Below are positions 1-12,462 of a stretch of DNA of 64,000 bases, piece by piece; position 1 is the stretch's first letter; each line of letters starts with the position of its first letter. Position numbers and translations under genes: made by a program. The notes below the pieces were generated by a model, which was not told the DNA's origin, ran no database searches, and saw only the letters and a list, made by a program, of their open reading frames with translations. The DNA comes from Anthoceros angustus. Its lineage: Eukaryota; Plantae; Anthocerotophyta. Location of the stretch: assembly GCA_010909165.1 (NCBI GenBank), contig MU008209.1, positions 62,001 to 126,000 of the forward strand. Reading direction: 5' to 3'.

Positions 1-1700
1 CCCCTCAAACAACCTGGCAAAGTGTTACTGAACACTTTCCTTGTTGAGATGTGCCGAGGGTAGCACTTGTGGGAGAGACTTATTGCTCCATGGTGCTGTT
101 TTCCAGGTGTTTGCCCTCTCTGTGGGAGAAATCGGACAATTGATCTGCCTTGGTCCAAACGATAGCTGTGAATTCTTCCATGATCCCGGCATGAAAAGGT
201 TTGGTCCTACACCATAAATTAGACCAATGACTGCAGTTGTGCTTGCTGCTACCTGTGTACTCAATTCAGGCATTTCCGGTTCAGAAAGCCTTCTGTCATT
301 GCAGTGATCAGGAGGGGTTGGTGAGAAAGTCATTGAGGATTCAACCGATGGCTGACAAGACTGGGTTTTTTTTCAATCTGAGTGAGTCAATGCTGAGTGA
401 TGCTTTGTCGAGCCCAGAATGTTGACGCTCATCTTGGTGTGGGAATTTCAACACAAGCATGCACGTGTTCAGGCTGTGTAATTTATTTAACAGAAGTCAA
501 CATGATGGATTGGTATTCTATGACTTTGATGCATGCAGCTGTGGCCAGCAAAGGTGAAAATTCTGAGGATCGCTACAATATGGCTATCACCAAGGCGGAG
601 TATTTCGTTATGCGCACTGTATTCACTGTAAGAAGGAGTTCAGGAAGCATGGTGCTGTTCCTTCATTTTCTGGATTCTGCAGGCTTTGTGTTCGCAAATT
701 TAATAAGCGTACATTGATGCCCTGCAGTATACGCTGCCAGTTCTGATGGGATGGCATGCTGTGGTTGATCCCTCACTCGTTGAGGAACTCATGAATTCGC
801 CGACACCTGAGGGCATGGTCACCGATGGAGCCAGAGAATGGGCCAAATAAATTATCATCGGCAGTGCGCAGAGCTGCAGTTTTTGGTGGTCCTTTGCCCT
901 TTTTAAGGGCGATTGGAGCTGATGAGGCTCCAAATTCGGTGCAACATGTGGCAGCGCAAGGGCGGGATATTTTGCTTGCATTCACTGAGATTGCTTCTCG
1001 AACTCCCTGTCAGGCATTTGCGAGGGTTGACCTTTAGTAAGCTTACGGTGGACGCATCCTGCAGAGACAGGTGTATGAGCAGTCTGCCACTTCAGCGAGC
1101 GGCTTCTCTTTGGAAGGTCTGCGATGGTTCTTGTTACTAAAGAGGCTTTGAGGATCTATGGGCCACCAGTTGTGAACTTTGATTCGCCAAGGAGCCACTG
1201 GCGGGCTAGAGGTGTGTTTATGAAACAAGGTCGTATGAAAACCGGACGTCTCACACATCCTAATCCTAGATAATTCGAAAATTAGCATCATCAACTTAAG
1301 ATGTATAATTTTAAACGGGATAAAATAATTATTCGAATTTTTTAAAATAATTAGGGCACGTGGCGTAAGTTTATTTGGGGTAGGTCTAACACTCCCAGTT
1401 GATCGGGTGTGTTGGTTTGCACCTAGATTAGAGCTTTGTTTGGGTAGCTTTGTTTGGTGGGCACGACATGACCACTACGTATCCCGAGGGGTGGTTCAAC
1501 AGGGTAATGCCGAAATAATTCTTTTTTAAAAAATATAAGGTTCAACATACATATTTATAATTTTCAAAATTTTAACATTTATAAAAAATAATTGTATCAA
1601 ATTTCAACATTTATTAGAATACATAGGTATCTATATACAACTAATAGATATGTGTAGACCTAACCTAAACAAGCCCTAATTTTCCACACATAGGTACATG

Positions 1701-2600
1701 GGAGGTTAAAGGGACAAAAGACATCAAGGTGCTTGGGGTAGAGGACAAGAGGTAAATTACCGCAGTGGTATCTTCATCCGCAGCAGGTCACTTACTACCG
1801 CTCTAAATCATCTTCACAGGAACAACAAGTAGGTCGGTACCCAAAGGTCATGGTGCTGCCAAGCTATGTGTAGATACAGGATCTCATTTAACATATACTA
1901 GCACTCATTGGTCTACACTAGAGTCATCGAAGGCATTTGTGAAGGAAATCTTGATCCCTTACTATGAAAGGCAACTGGATGTCTTGAGGCTAGCCACAAG
2001 GCAAAAGATGATATGGATTATAGATTGCTGGAGTGTTCACACAAGCAAGGAATTCCTAGATTGGATGAAAAGGACTTACCCTTTGATATATGTGATCTTC
2101 ATTCCCGCTAGATGTACTAGCAAGTTGCAACCTACTGATGTAGTCCTTCAGCGACCCTTGAAGCGTGCTTTCAAGCGAGAATTCTGTAAGTGGACAGCCG
2201 CTACTATTGAAGAGCAACTCAACGAAGGAGGAAAAATTGCTGTTAATCTCAAACTGAAACACTTGAAGCCCAAAGTGTGTGAACGGTTATATTCAATGCA
2301 TGGACACACGTTTCAAATATGCAAGATATGATCAAACATGGATGGGAAAAGACAGGTATTTTAAGATCATTCAACTCAGATTTTCAGATAGAGGCAATGG
2401 AACCAAACACGACAACATCCTTATTTTCTAGAACAACTGAGGACATAGAAGAAGGGCATGAATTTGAAGAGGAAGGAGATGATAAGGACTATTTATCTGA
2501 AATAGTGGATGTGATGAAGAAATGTTTGGCTACAGCAGAAGCTTCAACAAGTGGACAAGCATCAACCTGCAGCAAAAACAAAGCTAGAATGAACCATTAG
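1701..2600 (+). pseudogene. DDE_1 (pogo/CENP-B-like) transposase pseudogene
   Basis: Reads GVEDKR*ITAVVSSSAAGHLLPL*IIFTG, then ORF 1939-2331 with WIIDCWSVH and FIPARCTSKLQPTDVVLQRPLK. In-frame stops and a frameshift near 2330. Confidence 0.8.
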
Positions 2601-2921
2601 CCAAGAAGAATAAACATCTACAGGATCTTTGAAACAATAATGAAAACCTGGTAGATAGCCATAGGAATGAGACTAACTAGGGTTCCTAGGGACTTGACCC
2701 TGACTTTGAGTTAAGAAGCTAACCCTAACTAGGGAAACCTTAGCAACCTAGGTAGGGAACTAACCCTAGCTACCTAAGAAGAGGACTATCCCTTGCTACG
2801 GACTTGAAAGAAAAATTGCCTACTGAAACAAGATGAGTACCTACCTCATCAAGTGCAACCTCCAAATAGTTAGGGGACAATTCTGCATGATCTCGTTCAC
2901 GGTGAATGAGAGTGTAAATGA

Positions 2922-3370
2922 TCTTGTGACTGTAGGATTCCTTGCAATAACACAATTGGATTTCTCAGTCGGTAATACACAGTCAGATGCTCACTCCATA
3001 CAATTGCACCATTGCATTAACGTAATAAACACAGACCTTAGGATGCCGAAGGAAAACATGAGATTGATCATGATGGGAATCCTGTACTACTATATCAAGA
3101 ACTTCGTTCCCAAGCAACAGCTGTAGGCTACCATCAGACCATTTTACAAATCTTGCGTTGCTCTCAAACTGCAACAACAAAGTTCCACAATCAATCAAAA
3201 CACCTCATGTCCTCTCTTCATGGAAAACTGGCTCATAAGTTCAAATAAGCAGCGCCTACTTCAAAAATTATTGATCAACTTGCAGTCAAGGACCCATTGC
3301 GATTCTTGATTGCCCTCCACCGAGCAACATTCTCCCTCTCGCCATCGCTCTGAGCTCTCTCTGTATCACT
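2922..3370 (-). pseudogene. LEO1: Captured fragment of LEO1/VIP4 (PAF1 complex subunit), three exon pieces separated by two intron-like segments
   Basis: Minus strand gives ENVARWRAIKNRNGSLT / FESNARFVKWSDGSLQLLLGNEVLDIVVQDSHHDQSHVFLRHPK / GILQSQ, matching the conserved Leo1 core. Acceptor ttgcag precedes 3168; donor GT at 3036. Confidence 0.75.
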
Positions 3371-3429
3371 CAGATCCTGCTGGCGACCCAGAAGCAGAGC
3401 GGATGCGACTCAGGAGTGCTATGTCACGC

Positions 3430-4065
3430 TCATCTTGACTCCACTCCGGTGGAGGCTGCGGCCTCACCTCGTGAGGCGGCCTCGCGATCTGACCTCGGTA
3501 TCGGCCGAGCTCGCGAGGCTCTGCGATCTTTGCAACCTCGGTGCCTTGCGGCGACCTCGCGATCTGACCTCGGTGCCTTGCGGCGACCTCGCGGTGCGGC
3601 CTCACCCTCGTGAGGCTGCGACATCTCTGACCGACCTCGTGTCACGGCGACCTCGCGAGGCTGCGACATCTGCGACCGACCTCGTGTCACGGCGACCTGC
3701 GGCATCTGACCGACCTCGTGTCACGGCGACCTCGCGGCTGCGGCATCTGCGACCGACCTCGTATCTGCGACCTCGCGAAAAAGCGGCGACCTCGCGGTGC
3801 GGCCTCGGCCCTCGTGAGGCTGCGGCCTCACCGCCTCGTGAGGCTGCGGCCTCAGTACCTCGTGAGGCCTCAGTACCTCGTGAGGCTGCGGCCTCAGTAC
3901 CTCGTGAGGCGGCCTCACCTCGTGAGGCTGCGGCCTCACCTCGTGAGGCGGCCTCACCGCCTCGTGAGGCTGCGGCCTCACCGCCTCGTGAGGCGGCCTC
4001 ACCTCGTGAGGCGGCCTCACCGCCTCGTGAGGCTGCGGCCTCACCGCCTCGTGAGGCGGCCTCGC
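3430..4065. repeat. GC-rich quasi-palindromic minisatellite (CCTCGTGAGGC(T)GCGGCCTCA-type units, ~18-24 nt)
   Basis: Repeats visible directly; generates repetitive REAAS/RPH ORFs in several frames. Confidence 0.85.
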
Positions 4066-6758
4066 GGCGTTGCTCCCTTTTCTCTGTTTTCGGCATTTTA
4101 GACTCTTAAATATTTACACATTCGGCATTTTAAGCATAATAGTTTTTAGATTTTCAACTTTTACTAATTCTAATTAATTAACGCCGAATCACCCCTCGGG
4201 GTACGGTAGTATGTGTGAAACCATGTTATCAAAATGGACCAATCACTAGATGTTATTTTTATTGAACTTTATAATTGAATAAAGCATTACATTCGTGCCA
4301 GCACAACATTGGGCATTATTTTTGACCGAGCAGTATATGTGAATCCACCTTCATGCCAGACGAAGTTCTCTTTTCAGTCAGCCATTTTTCATGTAAAGAC
4401 CTGACATGTGGGCCATGGATGTCCACTTATGCCACATTGACCACCGGCCTAGTAAGCAAAGACAAGGTAGTACCTTGTCTTTGCTTTTGCTTCATCTTTT
4501 GTTATGTTAGTGTTCACAATCCTGCCCAACCTGTCCACGATCTATTCATTTCTAGTTCAAGATGGATCCCCTATCGCAATATGGGCAACTGCCGCTTGTA
4601 TACAGTGTTCCATCTCTGCAAGCTTTGGCTCCGCCTAGCATCCCAAGACTTTGGAATCCAAAGTGGACTACCTAGACAACAAGAGCCCACATGCTTTGGC
4701 TGCAGCGTACTAGGAGATATATTTGAACCACCAGCACAAAGGGCAACCTTGACAGACACCATTGAGAGACTACATTTGTGAAGATTGTGCCCACATATAT
4801 AGCTTTTGTTCGAACCAATCTAGATCTCCAATGCCGCAATAAATGGATAATTTTGCCTTCATAAGCAATAGTCCAAAAGTGGTAGGCATGCCCAACTCCC
4901 AAGACCCCCGATTCGTAGATCTAACAAACAATCCTTTCTGTGCAGCAAGTGAAAGTATATATGAAGGGCTGTTTGAAAGCACACACACCTATGATCAACC
5001 TTCAAGCTCCCCTCTATCTTCCCACCTGCATCATCATCAACACCACCAGCTTCAACACCTATTAGGGCTCTTCCTCTAGCTTCCACCTCTCAAGACAACG
5101 AGTCTTGTGAGTCCCCTTTCACTCAAGTTACCAAATTGAAACGTGTTGCAACAAAGAAGATGTCCTAGTAGGCAAAGATAAAGAATTTGAGTGGTGGATT
5201 GGAATCATAAGATTGCAGACAAAATCAACAATTTTGCAGATTGTGCTTGGACTAAAAGCTTTGTAAAGATTGAGGCAATTAGCAAATTGGAAAACCTCTA
5301 AATAATAGAGAAAGCCAAGTTGGAGCATAACATGATAGTGACAGAGTTGCAGCAATTCACATAGAGATGGAAAAGCTCTTATAAGGTCCAAGCACAAAAG
5401 AGATCAATGCCTTCATATGAGTAATCTAGTGCATGTGCTTCAGGAAATCTTCGAACACCAGTTAGTCATGCCCCAGATGTCAGAATAGAACTTTAATCAT
5501 GTATCATCTTCCAGAGCTTATTGAGCTCTCCAACATGATGTTTTTTTCTTTAGAGCTTGTGCAAAAGACGTGGACTAAAGAAGTTTTTATTAGAGCTCTA
5601 CTTGTGAAATCTAATAGGGAACTTGGAACACTATTGAGTCCTGGTCAATACGTCTAGGCACAACGTGTCTTGACATCTCAATTGTCTTGCACAAAGCATG
5701 CGACAAATTTTTAGGGGTCTGCAACAAGTACCTGTTTCTTGCAATCTAAAAAAAAATAGTACAACGAAGATAGATTGTTATATATCTCAATGAAGTTTAC
5801 CATCTACCTCCTAACATAATGCACGTAGTATTTTACCTAGTACACAACAAATAAATGATATATGCAACAACTAAATGGCTTTAAAATTTTTCTCCAATAG
5901 TAAAACAAGTATGGATATCTAAAGCTTAACTACTAATAGTGAAGAGGGTGTGAAAATAATAACCTACTTGCCTACTTGTTGTTTTTCCTACCGTATGCTC
6001 ACTTGCCACATGTTACCTATTTACCATCATGATCAACTATCTCTCTACTCTTGCTTTTACCTGCAAGCATATGCACGCTATTTTCACCTAAGCTTCCATG
6101 TGCATTTGCTCTAGACATAACTCGTGCTGCATCATGATTTGCTGAACATGAAGTTGGTTCGTCATTTTTGCTAAGTCTATTTTGGCCAAATATTATGCAA
6201 ATTTAACGACAAATCCACCTTATAAATAGAGATATATAAGAATTCACATCTTGATCTTGCTATTATTATATGGTCCGTACTGTCCTGCAATGTGAGAAAG
6301 ACTTATGTGCTTGCTATGCCTGATGGAAGAAACATATGCCTTTTGTGTAACAAACATCTTTCTCCTTATGCGTGATGTGCAAAAAGGTCTTCTCCGCTTG
6401 TGCTGTTTTACATGTATCAACCTGTAGGAAAGAGTCGCAACATCCACTTAAAAGTTGAGAAGATCCTGGCCGTTATCTTTTAAATGGAGAGATGTAACTG
6501 ACACACGTGTCAAAAACACCCCGCAACTATGAAGCATGAAGCCAGTTGTCCTATATGCATGGTCGCAAGATGGCATCCCCTTGGTAGACCTTGGTGCAGC
6601 GTGCTTCAAGCCTGCCGATTGTCGTCAGGGCTGACCTGCTTGGATGGAAGCAGTGAATCCAGAGGAACTCCGACCACCCAGAGAGTTCTTCAAAAGCCTC
6701 TGGTAACGGTGTCGAGCAGGCTAGCGCGGCCGTGAACTGAACTCGGAGCAGGAAGAGC

Positions 6759-7539
6759 ATGGCGGCCCCTGTACCAGGACCCCTCACGGTCGAGCAGTTC
6801 CGGGCAGCAAGGGTTATCCCAGATGTGATAGACCAGTTTGCAGACAAAGTTGTGGAGATACGAGTGAAGTGCAGTGAGGTGGAGATTACCAATGGTGTGA
6901 AGATGCGGGTTGCCCAGACTCAGCAAAGGCCGCATGTGGAGTTCCCGGACCGTGATTTTGGCGATCATATGTACAGTCTGGTGATTGTGGACCCTGACGC
7001 TCCGAGTCCTGAGAGTCCCACCTTACGCCACTTCGTCCATTGGGTGGTTACGAATATTCCAGGCTCTACTGCTCCGAGCAAAGGTAGGTTGGTTAGTTGC
7101 GTCTCTCCAAGGCCTAAAGCTCGTACCTGAATCTGACGGAGGAGTTCAAATCAAGCGTTGTGTTGGGTGTGCCGTGCGTGAGCAGAAATCTGGGAGAAGG
7201 GTCAGGAAGTGGTGCCCTACATGGGGCCCGCTCCTCCCAGGGGAGAGCATCGTTATGTGTTCCTGGCGTACCGTCAGGTGAGGACTCGTTGATTGCTGGA
7301 TGTAAGGCCACTTGTAGCTTCCGAGGAGGACGGAAATGGTTCATGCTATAGAGTCATAACGCCCTGCATGGTGGTTGCAGCCAGGACAGCTGGACATCAA
7401 GGAACAGCTAGAACGCAAGAACTTCAATCTCAAGGGTTTTGCTCGGAAGCACAACCTGGGGCATCCTGTTGCAGGTGTCTACTTCACAGCCAAACATGGT
7501 GACGATCTGGACTTTTCAGGGAGGCAGGTTCAGCCTTGA
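6759..7539 (+). CDS. PEBP family protein (FT/TFL1/MFT-related); join(6759..7083,7186..7277,7381..7539), 191 aa
   Basis: DPDAPSP, HWVVTNIPG, GPAPPRGEHRYVF and LGHPVAGVYF motifs. GT-AG introns; exons sum to 576 nt in frame. Confidence 0.9.
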
Positions 7540-8334
7540 GAATGTAAGTCTGAAAAAAATCAAAAACAACGGAGAATAGCAGAAGGTTTTAGGAAGGCAG
7601 TTTTGAGGTCTTGATACCATTTGTACAGGATGTACCCATGTATACAGAACCGGAAATTCTTGAAACTTGGGAACGCCTTGAGATATTCGTATTTGTCATC
7701 ACAAGTAAAGAGGAACTTGCTACCCCTGCCACCATCAGCCGTCCCGAGACATTATCTTCTCTCTGCGTGTAACAGGTGTAGAGTTGTGGTGAAGACAAAA
7801 TGATCCAGCTTAATTGATATTCAGGAGCAAATCCATACCATCACCAAGCAACTTGCGCGAGAGCTGCCCTGCTGAACAGATTCTGAAGGTCAAATCACAT
7901 TGCGACTAGAAGCAAACATCTCTACATGATGGCATCAGCAGAGCTCCTGGAAACAGAGAACCCTTACAAGTCTATCAAGAATATTGCTGGATTGAGTGTG
8001 CGTTCGCAGCGCATTGGGGCCCTCGTCTTCTGTGCAGTACCACGCAAGGATGCGACCAGACTCCACGCGGCAGTTACTTCTCCAAATATCCTCGCTCCCT
8101 TCCCACTTTCTTCTTGGATGTCAGCCCGTTCTTGTGTCCTGGAGCCACAAATACGATACAGAGAGACATGTAAGAAAGACGAGCTGACCAGAGAGAGAAA
8201 AGGAAATGCTGGGCACTACCTTTCCCCAGATTCACAACACACTTGAACGATACGTCAGTAGGAGGAGCACATGATGAAACAATTGTTGTGCTTAATGTAG
8301 GAGATCATATACACCTTGCACCAGTCCATCTTGT

Positions 8335-9690
8335 TCACTCAAAGTTGCGTCTGCTTTCACCCGGCTTGTCTACCCTTCTGTCTGATCTACTGTTGCTGTA
8401 TGTCTTGTCACCGGACCTAGGTTTATCCTCCGTCTCTCTCCGCTTCGGCAGCCAGGTATTCGAATAGCCACTCCCTGCAGTGGCGGCCAGCCTTGCACTG
8501 GATGCACTCGCTGCAGCAGCTGCAGCGGTAGCAGCAGCCAGGGCATCCTTCGTCCCCATCTGAAGGGGTACACCGGACTTGTCCTCATCAACCCTGTCCC
8601 ACTTGGTCTTCTTGCTCCGTCCCTCCGTCTTCACGGAAGCGTCCCCGTTGACAGCCACCACAGTAGCACTAGAAGATGCCCTAAACGAAGACTGCACTGC
8701 GACACTTGCTCCAGGAAACGCTTTCTGCCCTGCCAACAGCTGCACGATGGGCTTGGGGCGAGCATCAGGCATGGCAGGCACAGAAGCCACAGTCCCCCGC
8801 ACAAAATCTATCCTCTGGCTCTGCTTCTTCTCCTGCTCCTTCCTCTTCAACTCCTTCTTCTGCTCCGCCGAAATGGCATCATAGAAGTCCCCAGAGTCAT
8901 ACCCGTGCGGATCAAAAACCTCCTTCTTGAAGCAACTCCCTATCTGATCAATCTCCTGATGCCGCACAGCGCGCTGCAGAAAATCTGGATTCCGGTACCC
9001 CTTCGAGTTCCTCAGATCCTCGTTGAAGCTTCTCCCGCTGTTCTTGAGGGCGAGGTACTTCGCGAACTTGCTCTGCAACTCCTCCGAGCACTTCCCCGTG
9101 GGAGGAGGAGGCAGGAAGTCATCCAAACTCCCCTCAGCATCCAGGAGCGATGTCTCATCCCCTGGTCTCCCATTGGCAGCCGCCTCCACCTCCGGAGCCC
9201 GCTCTCCCGCCGCCGCCAATCCCTCCCCTCCCTTCCCTGCATCATCCACCTCCACCACAGGCTCCACCTGCGAGATCGTTCCTGCTGCAACAGCCGCAGC
9301 CGCAGCTGGCGACCTCCTGACCTCCTCCTCCAAAACTCCATTCCCAGCATCCAACTGGTGGTACACAATTCCAGCCTCCGAGCCCCCACCATCCTGCTCC
9401 CGGCCTTCAGGCTCGGGCGACAAGGCAGCCTCATCATGTGCGTAGTCCACAATCCCCCTCCCTTCACGCCGCACTCCCGCTCCCACGGCCGCAGCTCCGC
9501 CATCTCCTGCCCTATCCTCCTGCCGCAGCACCGGCTGCTGCTGCACAACCTCAATCCCTGCATCCGTTTCCGGGGCTGCATCCGGCATAGCCTCGTCCTC
9601 ATCCTCCATGTCCGCATCCTCCTCATCCTCGTCCGCGTACATGGACAGCAGCGCTATGCCCTCCCCCTTCCGCCTCACGGCTGCCGCCAT
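8335..9690 (-). CDS. SAP30BP: SAP30-binding protein (HCNGP-like), single exon, ~451 aa
   Basis: N-terminal ALLSMYADEDEE and core FLPPPPTGKCSEELQSKFAKYL...GYRNPDFLQRAV...IDQIGSCFKKEVFDPHGYDSGDFYD, plus KKTKWD. First ATG at 9690. Confidence 0.85.
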   Translation of the reverse strand: MAAAVRRKGEGIALLSMYADEDEEDADMEDEDEAMPDAAPETDAGIEVVQQQPVLRQEDRAGDGGAAAVGAGVRREGRGIVDYAHDEAALSPEPEGREQDGGGSEAGIVYHQLDAGNGVLEEEVRRSPAAAAAVAAGTISQVEPVVEVDDAGKGGEGLAAAGERAPEVEAAANGRPGDETSLLDAEGSLDDFLPPPPTGKCSEELQSKFAKYLALKNSGRSFNEDLRNSKGYRNPDFLQRAVRHQEIDQIGSCFKKEVFDPHGYDSGDFYDAISAEQKKELKRKEQEKKQSQRIDFVRGTVASVPAMPDARPKPIVQLLAGQKAFPGASVAVQSSFRASSSATVVAVNGDASVKTEGRSKKTKWDRVDEDKSGVPLQMGTKDALAAATAAAAAASASSARLAATAGSGYSNTWLPKRRETEDKPRSGDKTYSNSRSDRRVDKPGESRRNFE

Positions 9691-10233
9691 TGCTGCCGCC
9701 GCAGGAAGAAGCCGGCTGCGGAGAGACAGCAAACGCAGAGAGCCTCACAGAGCCGCAGAGACTCAGAAATGTCGCCGAGCGTGAACGGGGCCGGGCAAAG
9801 TTGCTGCTTACGGTTAGGACGCAATAAGAGACATTTCTAACAACAAAGCCTCCATCGCTCCAAGGTTCCTTTCCGATTGGTGTAGGAATCGTTCCCCCCA
9901 GGCCGTCTCCAGGTGTCTGGCATGAGGGAATCAGGGGCACGAGCGGGGCCAGCAGGCTGAATGTGGCTGCTCTAGAGCTCGCACCCGTCCACATGTGGGA
10001 GGGAGGAGACGTCTCGGTCTGCCTGGCTGTTGCAATGGTGTTGGGCGGCGCTCGTTGCGGCAGGGGAGCATCGGGCCTTCGTATTATTGCGCAGGCGGAG
10101 CTCGCATGGGAGCTGGAATCCGGGTGTGGTCAGCTGCCCAGAGGGTTCAAGGGCCGTTTTCGAGTGGGGCAGTTTTGAGGCTGCTGCTGCTTCCCCATGC
10201 CACCAGCTGCCTCCGTCTTGCGCGGAGATAGGC

Positions 10234-11919
10234 ATGGCTGGTTTGCGAGAGTTGCTGCCCCTGGTGCCCGCATTTCGTTCTGTTGGAGCCTCGACGCCGA
10301 GCTCTCCTTCCATCGTGTGGGTCCGTGGGAGTGAAAGAAACGTTTCTCCTTGCCGATGTGCTTCATCGCCGCCCTTCTCCAGGTGCTTGTCAGTCTGCCG
10401 TGGTGTGGTGTGATGGAGCTTGCAGGAGAGCGTGGGGTTGTTCACACTCGGTGATTGGTGATGATGTTGTGACTGGCCATGTGGTGTTCAGGAAGGAGCG
10501 GTTCAAGCCTAATAGAAGCCTTGTGCAAGACCATGGTTTATCAATTGCGGGGGTTGAATCACTGGCTCGTGACCTGGTTACTGATGTTGGACCGGCAGCG
10601 GATGCTGATTCCGCATTGTTTGCGGTGGATGCCGGTGCTGAGGCTTGTTCCGATCCGCTCCTGGATGTGCAGGTAGGTATCTAGGTCTCCGTCGTTTTTT
10701 CCCCATCTGTCATTCATGCATTTTAATATGAGCATTTGAGGCTTGTAAGAATTTGATGAGGCTGAAGCAACAACTGTCCTGTGTTGGGCAGGTGTTGGAC
10801 CAGAAGGTGCTCGGTGGGATTCCATCACATCCTGAAGGGCTGTTTGGTATGGTTTTACGCTCTATCAGAGCTACCATCCCTTACATTTTCATATGTGAAG
10901 CTGTTGTAGTGCATGCCCAATGAAGATTTGTCATTCCGGATTTAGGTTCTAACTTTGAACTGGCTGTTGCAGAGGAGGCTAGCATCAGTACTGCTCTCCC
11001 TCAAGAGATGGAATCAACCTCGCTGCCAGGGCATGTTGCAATTATTATGGATGGCAATTCGAGGTGGGCTTCCAGGAAAGGCTGGCCAGCAAGTGTGGGT
11101 CACGAGATGGGAGTTCGAGCGTTGAGGGAGGTGATCAAGCTGTCCTGTAAATGGGGGATACCAGCCCTCACGGTCTTCGCTTTTTCTTCAGAGAACTGGC
11201 GTCGACCCAAGGTGCGTTTTCGATCTGAATTCATGAGCAGGTCTAAGTTGCAACATGGTGGGGTAGAGTAGATGCAGTAGTCTGATGTGTCTCCTATTCC
11301 CTGCAGATTGAGATAGCCTTCCTGATGGACCTGTTTGAGCGGGTCCTGGAACACGAGCTCATCAACCTGATCAAGTGAGTGCCAGAAGGCCATAAGCTTG
11401 ACCGAGGACTACTCATGTCTGCTCTTCACACTCGGCCGGCTTGATGAATCGGAACTTGGTGGGTGCAGGGAGGATATCCGCGTTGCCGTCATGGGAGATT
11501 TGTCACCCCTTCCTCCATCCCTCAGAACCCTCATTCTCCGAGCCTGTGACAGCACACGAGCAAACAAGGGGCTCAAACTCACTGTCGCCCTCAGCTACAG
11601 CGGACGACAGGACATTGCCCAAGCTTGCAGACGCCTGGCCAGCAAAGTCGCTGACGGGACAATGCAGGCCTCTGACATCACAGAGAGGGCCGTGGAGCAG
11701 GAGCTGGGAACGAGCTGGATGGAAGAGCTGCGGGATCCCGACCTGCTCATCCGCACCAGCGGGGAGCAGAGGTTGAGCAACTTCATGCTATGGCAAATGG
11801 CGTACACCGAGCTCTACTTTAGCAGCTCCCTTTGGCCCGACTTCGGGGAAGCGGAGTACGCGGCTGCCATCGAAAGCTACCAGCACCGGGATCGGAGGTT
11901 TGGCCGGCGAACAGCCTAA
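10234..11919 (+). CDS. CPT: cis-prenyltransferase (UPPS/dehydrodolichyl diphosphate synthase family), multi-exon, probable organellar transit peptide
   Basis: PGHVAIIMDGNSRW, FAFSSENWRRPK, PDLLIRTSGEQRLSNFMLWQMAYTELYF, WPDF and RDRRFG motifs. Exons approx. 10234-10382, 10492-10673, a short exon near 10792, ~10973-11210, 11308-11375, ~11469-11919. 5' exons are less certain. Confidence 0.88.
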
Positions 11920-12298
11920 GTGACGTGCCCACCTCTTGTACAAATGTGTCCACGAGCCTGACAATACCAATGATAGTAGGAAGTGTCTTGAAAGGACGGA
12001 ATAAATTAGGTTGAAATGTTCCTAGAAGAAATTTTGATGGCCAAGTGGAAGAAGCTGCCAAGCTAGGACGATTTGCTTAGTCGAAGCAGAAGTATGCTGG
12101 GAGATTGATTGATATAAGTAGGACGAAGAGGCTGCTCACGATTAGCGTTGTTTCTCGTTTCTATCCCTTACACTCACATACTCTGGTTTCTATCCCTCAC
12201 ACTCACATACTCTGGTTTCTATCCCTCACACTCACATACAAATTGAGGTCAGTTCCGGCAACGGTGCTATGGCAAATACAGACAGGTGGCTTTCTTTA

Positions 12299-12462
12299 GT
12301 GGGGATGAATTCTTTCGTGGGGATGAATTGGTAGTGTTTAGCCTTCGTTCTTTCATGGGGATGAATTGGTAGTGTTTAGCCTTCGTTCTTTCGTGGGGAT
12401 GAATTGGTAGTATTTAGCCTTCGTTCTTTAGTGGGGATGAATGGGTGGTGTTCAACCTTCGT
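12299..12462. repeat. Tandem repeat, ~38-nt unit GTGGGGATGAATTGGTAGTGTTTAGCCTTCGTTCTTTC, 3-4 copies
   Basis: Direct repeats visible. Confidence 0.8.

Larger units (their letters stand above)
1482..4201 (+). mobile_element. pogo-like Tc1/mariner DNA transposon (decayed, carries a host gene fragment)
   Basis: Imperfect TIRs: TCCCGAGGGGTGGTTC at 1482 and GAATCACCCCTCGGGG ending at 4201. TA lies on both sides (1480-1481, 4202-4203). An internal DDE_1-type transposase is present. Confidence 0.8.

Noticed and set aside
25-1300. Possible gene fragment at the window start
   Set aside because: Short ORFs with stops and no recognisable family.
3435-4109. 224-aa, 164-aa and other overlapping ORFs
   Set aside because: By-products of the GC minisatellite; open in many frames with no domain signal.
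4350-5500. Possible Harbinger transposase/Myb remnant
   Set aside because: Only faint similarity, with many stops and no TIR or TSD found.
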